Assembly: GCA_038247415.1 (NCBI GenBank)
Contig: JBBRUX010000066.1
Location: 1 to 16,372 of the forward strand
DNA length: 16,372 bases
Direction of reading: 5' to 3'
From: Chitinivibrionales bacterium
GTDB taxonomy: Bacteria; Fibrobacterota; Chitinivibrionia; Chitinivibrionales; WJKA01
Below, piece by piece: positions 14,927-16,372 of this stretch; position 1 is the first letter of the stretch; each line of letters opens with the position of its first letter. A model generated the notes under the pieces. The model ran no database searches and was not told where the DNA came from. It saw only the letters and a list, made by a program, of their open reading frames with translations. The position numbers and the translations under genes are program-made.

Positions 14927-16252
14927 ATGGCCAACACTCTCATTAATTATGTAGTACTGTCAACTCTTATTGCCGGATTTTTAGGTTGCGGAGGCGCCGC
15001 GCGCCTACCGGCGTCAAGCGGCTTTGGTTCTAAGCCCGAGCTTCCACAACCCGCGCCATCACTTATTCCTCTTATAAACGTGGTTCGAGGCACGGGCTGG
15101 AAAGCCGACCAGAAACCGGTTGCGGCAGAAAGCTTAAAAGTCAATGCGTTTGCGCGAGATTTAAATCATCCGCGTTGGCTCTATGTACTTCCCAATGGCG
15201 ACGTGCTGGTTGCAGAAACCAATGCTCCTGTGCGACCAAAGGATGGAAAAGGAATTGTGGGATGGTTATTTAAACACTTTCAGAAAAAAGCGGGTGGTGC
15301 TGTACCAAGCGCGAATCGCATCACAGTGCTCCGTGACGCAGACGGCGATGGCATTGCCGAAATGCGAAAAGTATTTCTTTCTGGCCTAAACTCGCCCTTT
15401 GGTATGGCTTTACTAGGAAATACATTTTACGTAGCAAATACCGATGCTTTAGTGCGCTTCCCGTATGTAGAAGGACAAACAGAAATCACGACTGCTCCCA
15501 CCACAGTCACGGATCTTCCAGCAGGTCCCATAAATCATCATTGGACCAAAAGCCTCATTGCATCTGCAGATGGGTCGAGGCTTTACGTGGGCGTTGGATC
15601 CAACAGTAACCTTTTAGACAACGGACTTGAAGCGGAAAAAGAGCGCGCCGCAATCTGGGAAGTGGATCCGCAAACAGGCAGCCACCGAATTTTTGCTTCT
15701 GGCCTGAGAAACCCCGTAGGAATGGCCTGGGAACCGCAGACTAATGCGCTGTGGGCAGCAGTAAACGAACGCGATGAGCTGGGCAGCGATCTCGTACCCG
15801 ACTACATGACTGCGATTCATGATGGTGCCTTCTACGGCTGGCCGTACAGCTATTATGGATCGCACATTGACATTCGCGCAAAACCTCCCCGCCCAGATCT
15901 GGTGGCCATTGCCATTGTGCCGGATTACGCCCTAGGGGCGCATACAGCATCGCTAGGGCTCGCTTCCTCGCGTGGATCAACCTTGCCTGCCCGATTCGAG
16001 AATGGCATGTTTGTGGGACAACATGGTTCGTGGAATCGCAAACCACGCAGCGGATACAAAGTTATTTTTGTACCATTTACAAGTGGCATTCCGGCCGGGG
16101 AACCGATTGATGTTTTAACCGGATTTGTTAAGGAGAATGGCGATGCTATGGGACGGCCGGTTGGGGTTGTTATTGACAAAAAGGGCGCATTGCTCGTGGA
16201 TGACGATGTCGGCAATATCATTTGGCGGGTAACGGCCCTGCATGAGCAGTAG
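14927..16252 (+). CDS. Sorbosone dehydrogenase-family (glucose/sorbosone, beta-propeller) lipoprotein
   Basis: Lipobox-like FLG/C, LNHPRWLYVLPNGDVLVAE, NHHWTK, GLRNPVG, NERDELGSDLVPDY, QHGSWNR, GRPVGV. SD AAGGA. Confidence 0.88.
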   Translation: MANTLINYVVLSTLIAGFLGCGGAARLPASSGFGSKPELPQPAPSLIPLINVVRGTGWKADQKPVAAESLKVNAFARDLNHPRWLYVLPNGDVLVAETNAPVRPKDGKGIVGWLFKHFQKKAGGAVPSANRITVLRDADGDGIAEMRKVFLSGLNSPFGMALLGNTFYVANTDALVRFPYVEGQTEITTAPTTVTDLPAGPINHHWTKSLIASADGSRLYVGVGSNSNLLDNGLEAEKERAAIWEVDPQTGSHRIFASGLRNPVGMAWEPQTNALWAAVNERDELGSDLVPDYMTAIHDGAFYGWPYSYYGSHIDIRAKPPRPDLVAIAIVPDYALGAHTASLGLASSRGSTLPARFENGMFVGQHGSWNRKPRSGYKVIFVPFTSGIPAGEPIDVLTGFVKENGDAMGRPVGVVIDKKGALLVDDDVGNIIWRVTALHEQ

Positions 16253-16296
16253 CCTATTCCAAAATCGCATGAATTAACTTAAGGGAGTCAGGACGA

Positions 16297-16372
16297 TAGT
16301 ACTTCATGGGGCGTATGGCACTACGCGCCGACGATATAACACTATTACTTCATGGGGCGTATGGCACTACGC
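16297..16372. repeat. Tandem palindromic repeat (REP-like), 46-bp period, runs off the window edge
   Basis: TACTTCATGGGGCGTATGGCACTACGC occurs identically at 16300-16326 and 16346-16372. Internal inverted repeat GGGGCGTA/TACGCGCC. Confidence 0.75.

Noticed and set aside
16300..16372. CRISPR array
   Set aside because: Only two copies are visible, the intervening sequence is at most 19 bp (46-bp period), and there are no cas genes in the window.

Overview
A 16.4 kb bacterial (diderm) general-stress/desiccation-type gene island in which every credible gene is on the + strand. Gene order: 5'-truncated cupin, Fe-type superoxide dismutase with an export signal, BON/OsmY-like protein, glycine-zipper general stress protein, CsbD #1, non-heme haloperoxidase-like alpha/beta hydrolase, PAS histidine kinase lacking a receiver, Thr-rich outer-membrane beta-barrel, lmo0937-family peptide, ABC1/UbiB atypical kinase, a tight five-gene cluster (six-hairpin glycosidase-like, GT4, GtrA, YbhP-like EEP, cardiolipin synthase), CsbD #2, a degraded cheB fragment, a sorbosone dehydrogenase-family lipoprotein, and the start of a REP-like tandem repeat. 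Three small genes (two csbD, one lmo0937-like) are absent from the ORF track. Most notable: (1) sigma54-type -24/-12 motifs head three transcription units; (2) the SOD and BON genes share a homologous RBS plus signal-peptide cassette; (3) an uncharacterised putative glyco/phospholipid remodelling operon; (4) long G-U-rich RNA hairpins flank the small stress genes. Family calls come from motif recognition only, with no database search.
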